Source: Opitutia bacterium
Lineage (GTDB): Bacteria > Verrucomicrobiota > Verrucomicrobiia > Opitutales > Opitutaceae
DNA length: 64,000 nt
Direction of reading: 5' to 3'
Assembly: GCA_947478395.1 (NCBI GenBank)
Contig: CANJVR010000005.1
Coordinates: 96,001 to 160,000 of the forward strand
Below the pieces are notes generated by a model that searched no databases, was not told the origin of the DNA, and saw nothing but the letters and a program-made list of their open reading frames with translations. Each line of letters begins with the position of its first letter. Position 1 is the stretch's first letter. The position numbers were made by a program, and so were the translations under genes. Shown here piece by piece: positions 17,610 through 26,624 of this stretch.

Positions 17610-20381
17610 ATGAATTTCCATCCCGGTCTCACGCTTCTTTCACGAACCTGGTTTTTTGCGTTCGTTCTGTCACTTGCAGTGTCCGGCTCGATTGCGCGCG
17701 CCCAAGGTGGTGGGGGTGGCGGTGGCGGCGGAGTTCCGCCCGGGGGTGGCGGCGTTAACGTTCCCGGCGGCGGCGGAGCAACTAACCCCGGCGCAGGCGG
17801 CGGCGCTGGAGGGGGCGGCGGAGCCGGAGCCGCCACCGACCCGAGCATTATAGCGGTCAGCGGCATGTTGACCGACGACACGCAGCAGGCCGCGATCGCG
17901 ATTCCCAACACCGGCACGGCGCGCCCGACCGCGACTTATCTCTGGAGCATCATCGGCGGACGCTTTCTCACCAACGACCTGACGCAAGCGACCATTGGTT
18001 TCACCGCCGTCAAAGCGGGCACGCTGACGCTGACCTGCGTCGTAACGGTCACGGGCAAGCAGCCATTCTCGGCCACCACGACGATCACCGTCATCGACCC
18101 GAGCAGCGCCGGCCTCATCACCGCGCCTGCGAACGTCGCCACGAGCGCCACATCCGCCGCCGCCAGCGTGCCGGCCGCGCAAAGCGCCGACCGTACGTTT
18201 CGCTGGACTGTGACCGGAGCCGCAGCGGGACTGCTCACCGGGCAGAATACCAATGCGATTACGTTCCGGCCCGGCGATCCCGGCGTGAAGGAACTCACCT
18301 GCGTCGTCACTTTCAACGCCATCCGGGTCAGCGTCACTCTCCGGGCTTTTGTCGTCGTGCAGGGCTCGGGTCCGCTCGTCGCGCTCACCGTCAACGGCGG
18401 CTTCGGCGGCGGGAATTATCCCGGCGGTTCCCGCGTCGATATTTTTGCCTCTACGCCTCCGGCAGGCCAGGTGTTCGATCGCTGGACCGGCGACACCACG
18501 GTATTGGGGAACGGCCCGCTGGCACCGTTCATGGCCCATACACTGATCACGCTTCCGTCCACGGCTGTGACGTTAACCGCTACCTACAAAGCCGCGGCGC
18601 CCTGGACGCCGACAACCGTCACGGCCTTCAATCCGCAAACGAACACGCCAGCCAACGGCGGCACGCCCACCACGGTGTCGACCACACTCACGTATTACAT
18701 TCCCGCCGGAGCCCAGGGCGTGGTGCTGCTGTTGCACGATAACGGCGGCGCGATTGCCGACTGGTTCACGGCGCCCGAAGCCGCGCTGCTCATGCGCGAT
18801 TTGGTCGCCGCGGGGTACGGTGTCGCCGCTCTTAACAGCGTCAATCGCAACACCCGCGCCTGGAACGGCCAAGCCACGCTCGCCGCCAATCTCGATGCCG
18901 CCAATTTCAACGCCGCGCTCGCCAAGTTCGCCACCGATGGATTGCTCGCCGCGAACAAGCCGGTGTTTCTCCTCGGCTTCGGCGCGGGCGCGGATACCGC
19001 GTCGCGATTTGGCGATCTCTTGCTCAACGCCACACCCTCGCGCCCCGTGCGCGGCGTGGTGCTATTCTGCGCCGCAGGAGTGGAAGCCGCGGCTGTCACC
19101 TCGCGCATCCCGGAGCTTTACCTTCTCGCCGCGAACGACACGACCCTCGGGACCGCAGCGGCAACCACAGCCCGCAACAACAGTCAGCTGCTCGCCGGCC
19201 GCGGCATGGCCACGGCCGTAATCAACAATGCGGCCTCGCCCGTGCATTCGGGCCGGTTTCGCGCGCTCGGGGTGACGAACGCCGGCTTCACTACGGCCGA
19301 CGCCCAAACCCTTTGGACCGCGATCAAAAACTCCGGCCTCCTCGACGAGAACAACTACGTTAAGGAAATTCCTTCGACGACCGCCCTCACCGCGGCTGTG
19401 CCCGCTGCGTACCAAACTCGCCTGTCCGACATCGGAGCCCAGCTCAACGCCGCCTACGCAGAGCAGGAATTCTTCAGCGACGCCAACGCGCGCATCGTCA
19501 ATTTCCTCAACGCGCGCGTCGCCGGTACCGCCGCGCCCGCAGCCGGCCGCCTCACCAATCTTTCGACGCGGATCAAACTCGCTGCCGCGGGCGACACGCT
19601 GACGCTCGGGTTCACCATCACCGGCACGGAAAAAGCCACGCTTCTCATTCGCGGTATCGGACCAGCCCTCGCGGCTTTCGGCGTGCCCGGCGCACTCACC
19701 GCGCCGCGGCTGGAAGTAAATTCCGGGGACAAATTGCTGGTGGCTAACGAAGGCTGGGGCCAAGCACCCAACGTTGCCGCGACGATTTCCAGTGCGGCCT
19801 CCAGCGTGGGCGCCTTTCCGTTGACCGCCGGAAGTGGTGACTGCGCGGTACTGCTCACCCTCTCGCCTGGCGGTTACACGGCCACAATCAAGGGACTCAA
19901 CGGCGCGACCGGCGATGTGCTCGCCGAAGTTTACGACGTTTCAAAAAACACCACGCGCCTCAGCAATCTCTCGACCCTCGCGCGCGTGAGCAATCCCGGC
20001 GATCTCCTCATTCCCGGCATCACGATCGCTGGCGATCAGCCGCGTACGCTCATTCTCCGCGCCGTCGGACCTGGGCTCGCCGATCTCGGTGTCCAGGGCA
20101 CGCTCGGTGACCCAAATCTGAGCGTACTCAACAGCACCAGCCAAACGGTGGATACCAACAACAACTGGAGCGTAGGCGGCAGCGGCCCAACGCTCACGGC
20201 CGCGTTTCCCACGATCGGCGCGTTTGCGTTGAAAGCCAACAGCGCCGACGCCGCGCTCGTCGACCCCCTCACGCCCGGCGGCTACACGTTGCAAGTGGGC
20301 GCAGCGACCGCCCCAGCCGGCCAACCCAGCACCGCGTCGCCGATCGGTCTGCTGCTGGTTGAAGTGTACGAGGCGCCTTGA
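17610..20381 (+). CDS. Large secreted multidomain protein: Gly-rich linker, Ig/PKD-like domains, InlB-B-like repeat, alpha/beta-hydrolase-like domain, two C-terminal NLSxR domains
   Basis: Signal peptide ending ARA-Q; poly-Gly; LTVNGG.G.G.Y..G...PPAGQVFDRWTGD; hydrolase-like core; RLTNLSTR and RLSNLSTLAR repeats. Confidence 0.8.
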   Translation: MNFHPGLTLLSRTWFFAFVLSLAVSGSIARAQGGGGGGGGGVPPGGGGVNVPGGGGATNPGAGGGAGGGGGAGAATDPSIIAVSGMLTDDTQQAAIAIPNTGTARPTATYLWSIIGGRFLTNDLTQATIGFTAVKAGTLTLTCVVTVTGKQPFSATTTITVIDPSSAGLITAPANVATSATSAAASVPAAQSADRTFRWTVTGAAAGLLTGQNTNAITFRPGDPGVKELTCVVTFNAIRVSVTLRAFVVVQGSGPLVALTVNGGFGGGNYPGGSRVDIFASTPPAGQVFDRWTGDTTVLGNGPLAPFMAHTLITLPSTAVTLTATYKAAAPWTPTTVTAFNPQTNTPANGGTPTTVSTTLTYYIPAGAQGVVLLLHDNGGAIADWFTAPEAALLMRDLVAAGYGVAALNSVNRNTRAWNGQATLAANLDAANFNAALAKFATDGLLAANKPVFLLGFGAGADTASRFGDLLLNATPSRPVRGVVLFCAAGVEAAAVTSRIPELYLLAANDTTLGTAAATTARNNSQLLAGRGMATAVINNAASPVHSGRFRALGVTNAGFTTADAQTLWTAIKNSGLLDENNYVKEIPSTTALTAAVPAAYQTRLSDIGAQLNAAYAEQEFFSDANARIVNFLNARVAGTAAPAAGRLTNLSTRIKLAAAGDTLTLGFTITGTEKATLLIRGIGPALAAFGVPGALTAPRLEVNSGDKLLVANEGWGQAPNVAATISSAASSVGAFPLTAGSGDCAVLLTLSPGGYTATIKGLNGATGDVLAEVYDVSKNTTRLSNLSTLARVSNPGDLLIPGITIAGDQPRTLILRAVGPGLADLGVQGTLGDPNLSVLNSTSQTVDTNNNWSVGGSGPTLTAAFPTIGAFALKANSADAALVDPLTPGGYTLQVGAATAPAGQPSTASPIGLLLVEVYEAP

Positions 20382-20717
20382 GGTGGTCGGGCGCTGCGGT
20401 ATCAAGGCCCGTATATTGGGCCGCGCCACCCCGCCCAGCGGGCGCACCCCTTCTATAGAAGAGGACCTTTAATCTGACTAACCTCTGAAGAGGGGCGCTC
20501 GCCGAGCCGAAATCGAGGCTCAATCAAAGCCGCCTCGCAGAATTTTACGGAGTCCCGTCGCCGCGCGAAAGCGCGGCTACGTTTCGAGTTCGGCGTTCGA
20601 CGCTTGGCGTTTCGAGTTCGCGGTGGAGCCGCGCACGAGCGGCGGGTTTGGAATTCGGAGGCACACCGACGAAGCCGGGCTTGTCGTAGCGTTCAGGTCC
20701 GCTCATTTTTCACCTGC

Positions 20718-23700
20718 TTGAATTCCATTTTTCTGCGTCGCCGGTGGCGCGATTTTTTCCATTTCATCGCCGTGATTTTGTCGCTGGTTCTGCGGAATTT
20801 CGCGACGGCTGCCGGTGAATCCGACGTTAAATTTACCACGCAGGAAATCGCCCAGGGCTACCGGGAAACCGCCGTCCTCGCCCTGCCCCGCGCCACGCAC
20901 CGCGCTCTCGCCGACGCGACCGAGGCCAGCGAGGGGCGTCGCCTCCTTAATAAATTTTCCCGCTTCGATGATCTCCGCGTACTCGCGCCCGCCCCCGGCG
21001 AGACAGCCGTGCAAGCCATCGCCCGGCTTCGCGCCACCGGGCGTTATGAATTTGTCGAACCCGACTACATCCGTCACGCGGACGTTACCCCGAACGACGC
21101 AAATTTTCCCACGCAGTGGTCCTATGCCAACACCGGGCTCTCCAACGGCCTGATCGGCGCGGATATCTCCGCTGCGGCGGCCTGGGATATTTTGCCTGAT
21201 GCGCCGAACGTCATCGTCGCCCTCGTCGACTCCGGCACCCGCCTGACGCACGGCGATCTAGCGGACAATCTCTGGCGGAATTCCGCGCCCACGTTTGGCG
21301 ATCTCAACGGCGCCCGTTTCACCAGCGGCAACGGCACCGCGACCAGTGGCGATCCCACGGACGACGACGGCCACGGCACGCACGTCTCCGGCATCGTGGG
21401 CGCAATCGGCAACAACGGCACCGCCGGCGGTGGCGTTGTCGGCGTGGCGTGGAAAGTTCAGCTCATGCCGCTTAAGTTTCTCAAGCCGACGGTGGGCGGC
21501 GCGATCTCCGACGCCATCGCGTGTATCGACTACGCGATCGGACACGGCGCCAAAATCATCAACGCCTCCTACGGAGAATCCGGGGGCAATTTCTCCAGCG
21601 CCGAATTCGCCGCCATCCGTCGCGCGCGCGACGCGGGTATCATCTTCGTCGCCGCGGCGGGTAACGACGGCGCCAACCTCGACATCTCGCCGCACTACCC
21701 CGCGAGCTACGCGCTCGATAACATCCTTGCCGTCGGCAACTCCGACCGGCGCGACGCCGCGGCCGCCAGCTCCAACTACGGCGCGGCGGTCGAGCTCTTT
21801 GCCCCGGGTTCGGAAATTCTGTCGACCTATAACACCAGCGACACCGCCACCACGGTCCTCAGCGGCACCTCGATGGCCGCACCGCACGTCTCGGGCGCGC
21901 TCGCGTTGCTCAAACAAAAATTCCCCAGCGATACCTACCGCCAGCTGATCAACCGCCTGCTGCGCTCCGTCGACGCCCCCGCTTCGCTCTTCGGGAAATC
22001 CCAGACAAACGGCCGGCTCAATCTCGCCCGCGCCCTGGCCTCGACCGACAACCGACCTTACAACGATGACTTTGCCGCTCGCGCCATTCTGGCCAGCGCC
22101 AACATTTCCACCCGCGCGTCCACCGTCGGTGCCACGCGCGAATCGGGCGAGCTCGCTCCAGGCGGTGTCACCGGTGGCGGGGGTTCGATCTGGTGGCAAT
22201 GGACCAGCAGCAGCGGTGGCACGGTTACAGTGAGTACTACGCCCTCCAGCAGTATCGACACGGTGCTCGCCGTTTACACCGGCAACAGCCTGGGCGGATT
22301 GACGCCTATCGCCGCCAACGACGACGCCCCCGGCGGCGGCACCAACAGCCGCGTCAGTTTTACCGCGCAGGCGGGCGTCGCCTATCAGATTGCCGTCGAG
22401 GGAAAAAATGGCGCCGCAGGTTTCGTCCAGCTCGCGATCAGCACGATCCCCTTGAACGACTCGTTTGCGACCCCGATCGATCTCACCGGCGTCAGCGCCA
22501 CCGTCACGGCGACCAATATCGGCGCCAGTCGCGAGAGCAGTGAACCCCGCATCGTCGGCAACGCCGGCGGCAGCTCTCTTTGGTACCGCTGGACTGCGCC
22601 GAAGAGCGGCCGCTTCCAGCTCGCCGCCACCAGTTCCGATCTCGATCCGATTCTCGCCGTCTACACCGGCAGCGCTCTGAGCACCCTCACGCTCATCACC
22701 GCCAACGACGACATTCGAGCCGACTCGCTCGACACGTCCAGCCTCTGCACTTTCGACGCGGTCGCCGGCACCACCTATCGCTTCGCCCTGGACGCGAAAT
22801 CGGGCACCGGCGTCTTCACGCTCACACTCAACGATTCCCTCTGGCAGGCCGCCGCGACCGATAGCATCACCAGCTCTCCCGCCGTGGCGGCCGACGGCAC
22901 GGTCTACGTCGGGAGCATCGACAAATCCCTCTATGCGTTCACGCCCGACGGAACGCAGAAGTGGTCCTTTCTCACGGGTGGATCGCTCGACAGTTCCTCC
23001 GCCGCGGTTGGCTCCGATGGGACCGTGTACGTCGGCTCGAACGACCGAAAATTTTACGCCGTCAATCCCGACGGCTCGCAGCGCTGGGTGTACGATCTCG
23101 GGGGCGCCACCGCGGCCGCATCCAACAGCCCGGCTATCGCCGCGGATGGCACCGTCTATTTCAAAGCCGCCGATGGTTACGTTTACGCACTCAACGGCAC
23201 GGACGGCTCGCAACGCTGGCGCTACAACGTGAACGGCGCCGATGGTTCGCACTACGGCAGCCCCACGATCGCGGCCGACGGGACGATTTATCAGGGCTCG
23301 TCCGACAACCGGCTCTACGCGATCAATCCCGACGGTTCGAAGAAATGGACGTACATTCCCGCGACGGGCGATGGGGGCATTTATTCGCCGCCCGCCATCG
23401 ATGCCGCGGGCCATATCTATTTCACGTCGCTCACGGGCGGGATCTATTCCCTCACGAGTGCTGGTACGTTGCGCTGGCGTTTCGCCTCGGGCGGCAACTG
23501 CACTTCCACGCCCGCGCTCAGCGGCGACGGCTCGACGCTCTACTACGGCGGCTACGATAAAAAACTTTATGCGCTCGCGACGACGAACGGGGCCGTGCGC
23601 TGGACGTCCCCAATCGGCGACGAAGTGCGCGCGGCCTCGCCCGCCGTCGACACCAACGGCACGATCTACATCGGGTGCTATGATAAAAAAATCTACGCGA

Positions 23701-24980
23701 TTAACCCCGACGGTTCACTGAAACGCACCTGGGCCACCGGCGATTTCATCCGCTCGTCGCCGGCGATCGCGGGCACCACGCTCTACATCGGGAGCAACGA
23801 TCAGAAAATTTACGCGTTCGACCTTGGCGTCGGTTCCGCCGGTGGACCGTGGCCGCAATACCGCGCCAATGCCCGCCGGATCGGCCGCGCCGTCAGCGAC
23901 ACTACGTCCGTTCTGATCGCTCCGCTCTCCCAAATCGCAGCCATCGGCTATCCGCTCACGCTCAGCGTTTCGGCCGCGAATGCCGTTTCCTACCAATGGC
24001 AAAAAGACGGTGCCGTGATCGCCGGGGCCACCGGCTCGACGTACTCGGTCGCGAGCACAACCGCCGCCACCGCCGGAAACTACACCGTCGTCGTCAACGG
24101 CCTGAACGGCAGCGTCACGAGCGCGCCGGCCGTCGTGACCGTCGAGGCGCCTGCGATTGGCCGTCTCGTGAACCTTTCCGCCCGTACGGGCGCAGGCATC
24201 GGCGCCCAGGCTCTGATCGTCGGCTTCACGATCGGCGGTGGCACCGGAAAATCCGTCCTAATCCGCGGTATCGGCCCAAGCCTCACGGCCTTTGGCGTAG
24301 CCGGCGCGCTCAGCGATTCAACGCTCACGCTCTACAACTCGGTCGCAACGCAACTGGCGTTTAACGACAACTGGGGCGGCACCGCGACGCTGAACGCAGC
24401 CGCCACGAGCGTCGGCGCGTTCCCCCTCGACGCGGCGTCGAAGGACGCCGCTATTTTGGCGCCCGCACTCTCGGCCGGAAGCTTTACCGCCCAAATCGCG
24501 GGCGTCAGCGGGGCCACCGGTATTGCACTCGCGGAAATCTACGACGCCGATCCTGTCCCCGCCGGCGCGCAGCCGCTGACGGCGGCCTCGCGCCTGGTCA
24601 ACGTTTCAGCTCGCGCCCAAGTCAACACGGGCGGCGGCATCCTGATCACGGGTTTCACGATTTCCGGCAACGTCCCCAAAACCGTGCTGATCCGCGCCAT
24701 CGGTCCAAACCTCACGCAATTCGGGGTCAGCGGCGTGCTGGCCGATCCGCGCCTCGATCTTTATCGCGGCGCGGTGGTGATTCAGAGCAACGACAACTGG
24801 GGCGGCACGGCCGCGTTGAGCGCGGCCTTTACAAGTGTGGGCGCGTTTCAACTTTCCCCCGCCTCGAGCAAGGACGCCGTGCTGCTGGTCACGCTGCCGC
24901 CCGGGGGCTACACCGCCCAAGCCAGCGGCGTCGGCAACACGACCGGCGTGGCGCTGATCGAGATTTACGAAGTGCCCTGA
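20718..24980 (+). CDS. S8 subtilase with PPC-like domains, PQQ-like beta-propeller, Ig domain and two C-terminal NLSxR domains
   Basis: Triad VDSG / HGTH / GTSMAAPH; AAAGND; repeated S(S/P)PA.AADGT.YVGS.D..LYA..PDG..KW blades; YQWQKDG..I.GAT Ig motif; start uncertain (TTG 20718 gives a plausible signal peptide). Confidence 0.9.
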   Translation: MNSIFLRRRWRDFFHFIAVILSLVLRNFATAAGESDVKFTTQEIAQGYRETAVLALPRATHRALADATEASEGRRLLNKFSRFDDLRVLAPAPGETAVQAIARLRATGRYEFVEPDYIRHADVTPNDANFPTQWSYANTGLSNGLIGADISAAAAWDILPDAPNVIVALVDSGTRLTHGDLADNLWRNSAPTFGDLNGARFTSGNGTATSGDPTDDDGHGTHVSGIVGAIGNNGTAGGGVVGVAWKVQLMPLKFLKPTVGGAISDAIACIDYAIGHGAKIINASYGESGGNFSSAEFAAIRRARDAGIIFVAAAGNDGANLDISPHYPASYALDNILAVGNSDRRDAAAASSNYGAAVELFAPGSEILSTYNTSDTATTVLSGTSMAAPHVSGALALLKQKFPSDTYRQLINRLLRSVDAPASLFGKSQTNGRLNLARALASTDNRPYNDDFAARAILASANISTRASTVGATRESGELAPGGVTGGGGSIWWQWTSSSGGTVTVSTTPSSSIDTVLAVYTGNSLGGLTPIAANDDAPGGGTNSRVSFTAQAGVAYQIAVEGKNGAAGFVQLAISTIPLNDSFATPIDLTGVSATVTATNIGASRESSEPRIVGNAGGSSLWYRWTAPKSGRFQLAATSSDLDPILAVYTGSALSTLTLITANDDIRADSLDTSSLCTFDAVAGTTYRFALDAKSGTGVFTLTLNDSLWQAAATDSITSSPAVAADGTVYVGSIDKSLYAFTPDGTQKWSFLTGGSLDSSSAAVGSDGTVYVGSNDRKFYAVNPDGSQRWVYDLGGATAAASNSPAIAADGTVYFKAADGYVYALNGTDGSQRWRYNVNGADGSHYGSPTIAADGTIYQGSSDNRLYAINPDGSKKWTYIPATGDGGIYSPPAIDAAGHIYFTSLTGGIYSLTSAGTLRWRFASGGNCTSTPALSGDGSTLYYGGYDKKLYALATTNGAVRWTSPIGDEVRAASPAVDTNGTIYIGCYDKKIYAINPDGSLKRTWATGDFIRSSPAIAGTTLYIGSNDQKIYAFDLGVGSAGGPWPQYRANARRIGRAVSDTTSVLIAPLSQIAAIGYPLTLSVSAANAVSYQWQKDGAVIAGATGSTYSVASTTAATAGNYTVVVNGLNGSVTSAPAVVTVEAPAIGRLVNLSARTGAGIGAQALIVGFTIGGGTGKSVLIRGIGPSLTAFGVAGALSDSTLTLYNSVATQLAFNDNWGGTATLNAAATSVGAFPLDAASKDAAILAPALSAGSFTAQIAGVSGATGIALAEIYDADPVPAGAQPLTAASRLVNVSARAQVNTGGGILITGFTISGNVPKTVLIRAIGPNLTQFGVSGVLADPRLDLYRGAVVIQSNDNWGGTAALSAAFTSVGAFQLSPASSKDAVLLVTLPPGGYTAQASGVGNTTGVALIEIYEVP

Positions 24981-25003
24981 TTGAGCCGCGACGGGCGGCT
25001 CAA
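24981..25003. terminator. Hairpin directly after the subtilase stop
   Basis: ttgagccgc-gacgg-gcggctcaa; no clear U-tract. Confidence 0.45.
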
Positions 25004-25074
25004 TCGGCAATTTCGAGTTCGGGGTTTAAGGGTGCGCGTGACAAGGATCCCATGCGTCCGCTCCGCTTTCCCAC

Positions 25075-25239
25075 TCAAGCGGATTAAGTTTTCTCGTGGC
25101 CGTTTGCTGTAGCGGCCGACGTCTCTGCCTGGCGATACACGGCCGCCAAACCCGGCAGGCAGGGACGCCTGCCGCTACGCCGTGTGCGGTCCACCATGAG
25201 CGGCTGCGCGTCGGCTTACGCCGCTCTCGTTCCGCTCTA
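25075..25239 (-). mobile_element. MITE-like element, copy D (right part degenerate)
   Basis: aagcggattaagttttc...gtagcggccgacgtctctgcctgg...ggcaggcagggacgcctgccgctac; ends at ttccgctcta overlapping the rsmB stop. Confidence 0.7.
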
Positions 25240-26541
25240 CAATTTTCGCCGCAGCAAAAACGCCGCAGCCCCGTCGTGACCCGTCACCCAGGGCTGGCTC
25301 GCGACCTGGCCCTCAAGTTTGAACGGGCTGCCGGCGCGGCTTTCGAAAAATGTTTTGATCACGCTTTCGTTTTCTTCGCGATCAATGCTGCACGTCGAGT
25401 AAACGATCCGCCCGCCGGGCGCGACAAGCTTGGCCGCCGCGTGGAGCAACTCGAGTTGCTGCCGGCCATGTTTATGGAAATCGCCCTCCTGCAGGCGCCA
25501 CTTCACGTCGACGCGATGCCGCATCACGCCGGAGTTCGTACACGGCACGTCGATCAACACGGCGGGATATTCCGTCGGCAGCTTAACCTCGTCGAGGTGT
25601 GCAAACCCACCATGCGCGACGTCCGCCTGCACCAGCGCCACTTCGACGCCCTCGATGCGCGAAAGATTTTCCTTCAACCGGTCGATGCGCGCACCGGGCA
25701 GGTCCATTGCGACAATGCGGCCCGACTTCATCGTGTCAGCGATGAGCAAACTTTTACCCCCGGGCGCGGCACAGACGTCGAGCACGGCCTCACCGGGTTG
25801 CGGCGCCAGCAACTCGACGGCCAGGCGCGTGCCGGGATCTTGCAGATAAAGTTTCCCTTTCTTCAGCAGCGGCTCGACCGCCCCCCAGTGACCGGACTCG
25901 ACCTCGAAAAATCCGGACCACGGCGTCGGCTTCAACCAAGCCGGCGCGGGCGTGGCGGCATCGCGCCAACGGGCATAAACCGGAGCGGGCGTCTGATTCC
26001 ATTTCAACAATGCGCGAGTGTGCTCCGCGCCAAAGTCGAGCAGCCAACGTTTCACGAGCCATTCGGGATGCGAATAATATTCCGCGAGCACGCCGGCGGG
26101 CGCGAGCCGGTTGGGGGCGACCTGTCCGTGCAACGCGATCGCCAACTTACGCACCACCGCATTGACGAGCCGCCCCTCAGCGGGGCTAGAAAGGATCTTC
26201 GCCTGGTCCACGGCGTGATGGACGATTTTTGCCACCATGCCCTTGTCGGCGTGTTCGCCCTCGGCCTCGATCAGCTCGAAGCCCGCGATGAACAGAACCG
26301 CCCGGGTCGAGTAGCGCGGCGGATGCGCGATCAATTCGGCCAGCGCGTGCTCGAGCCGGCTTGCATGCCGCACCACGCCGAAGACCAGATGCTGGCAGCG
26401 CGCGCGCTCAGCCCCGGCGAGTTTGCCCGGCAGCGTGTCGAAGAGCGCGTCGATCCGCTCGCGTCGTTCCAGCCAGCGAGCGACGAGTTGGGCCGCGGCC
26501 GGCCACGCGGCCGGACGTACGATTTCAGCTAAAATGCTCAT
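25237..26541 (-). CDS. rsmB: 16S rRNA m5C methyltransferase RsmB/Sun (NusB-like N-domain)
   Basis: VNAVVRK, YSHPEWL..RW, QD, LDVCAAPGGKS, DVPCTNSG, VYSTCS...EENE. Confidence 0.9.
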   Translation of the reverse strand: MSILAEIVRPAAWPAAAQLVARWLERRERIDALFDTLPGKLAGAERARCQHLVFGVVRHASRLEHALAELIAHPPRYSTRAVLFIAGFELIEAEGEHADKGMVAKIVHHAVDQAKILSSPAEGRLVNAVVRKLAIALHGQVAPNRLAPAGVLAEYYSHPEWLVKRWLLDFGAEHTRALLKWNQTPAPVYARWRDAATPAPAWLKPTPWSGFFEVESGHWGAVEPLLKKGKLYLQDPGTRLAVELLAPQPGEAVLDVCAAPGGKSLLIADTMKSGRIVAMDLPGARIDRLKENLSRIEGVEVALVQADVAHGGFAHLDEVKLPTEYPAVLIDVPCTNSGVMRHRVDVKWRLQEGDFHKHGRQQLELLHAAAKLVAPGGRIVYSTCSIDREENESVIKTFFESRAGSPFKLEGQVASQPWVTGHDGAAAFLLRRKL

Positions 26542-26624
26542 GCGATGAGGCGGCCGAGACACAGGTTGACAGGATTAGTCATTGTCCCCTCAACTCTCCC
26601 GTTCAGCCCCTCACTCACGCAATC

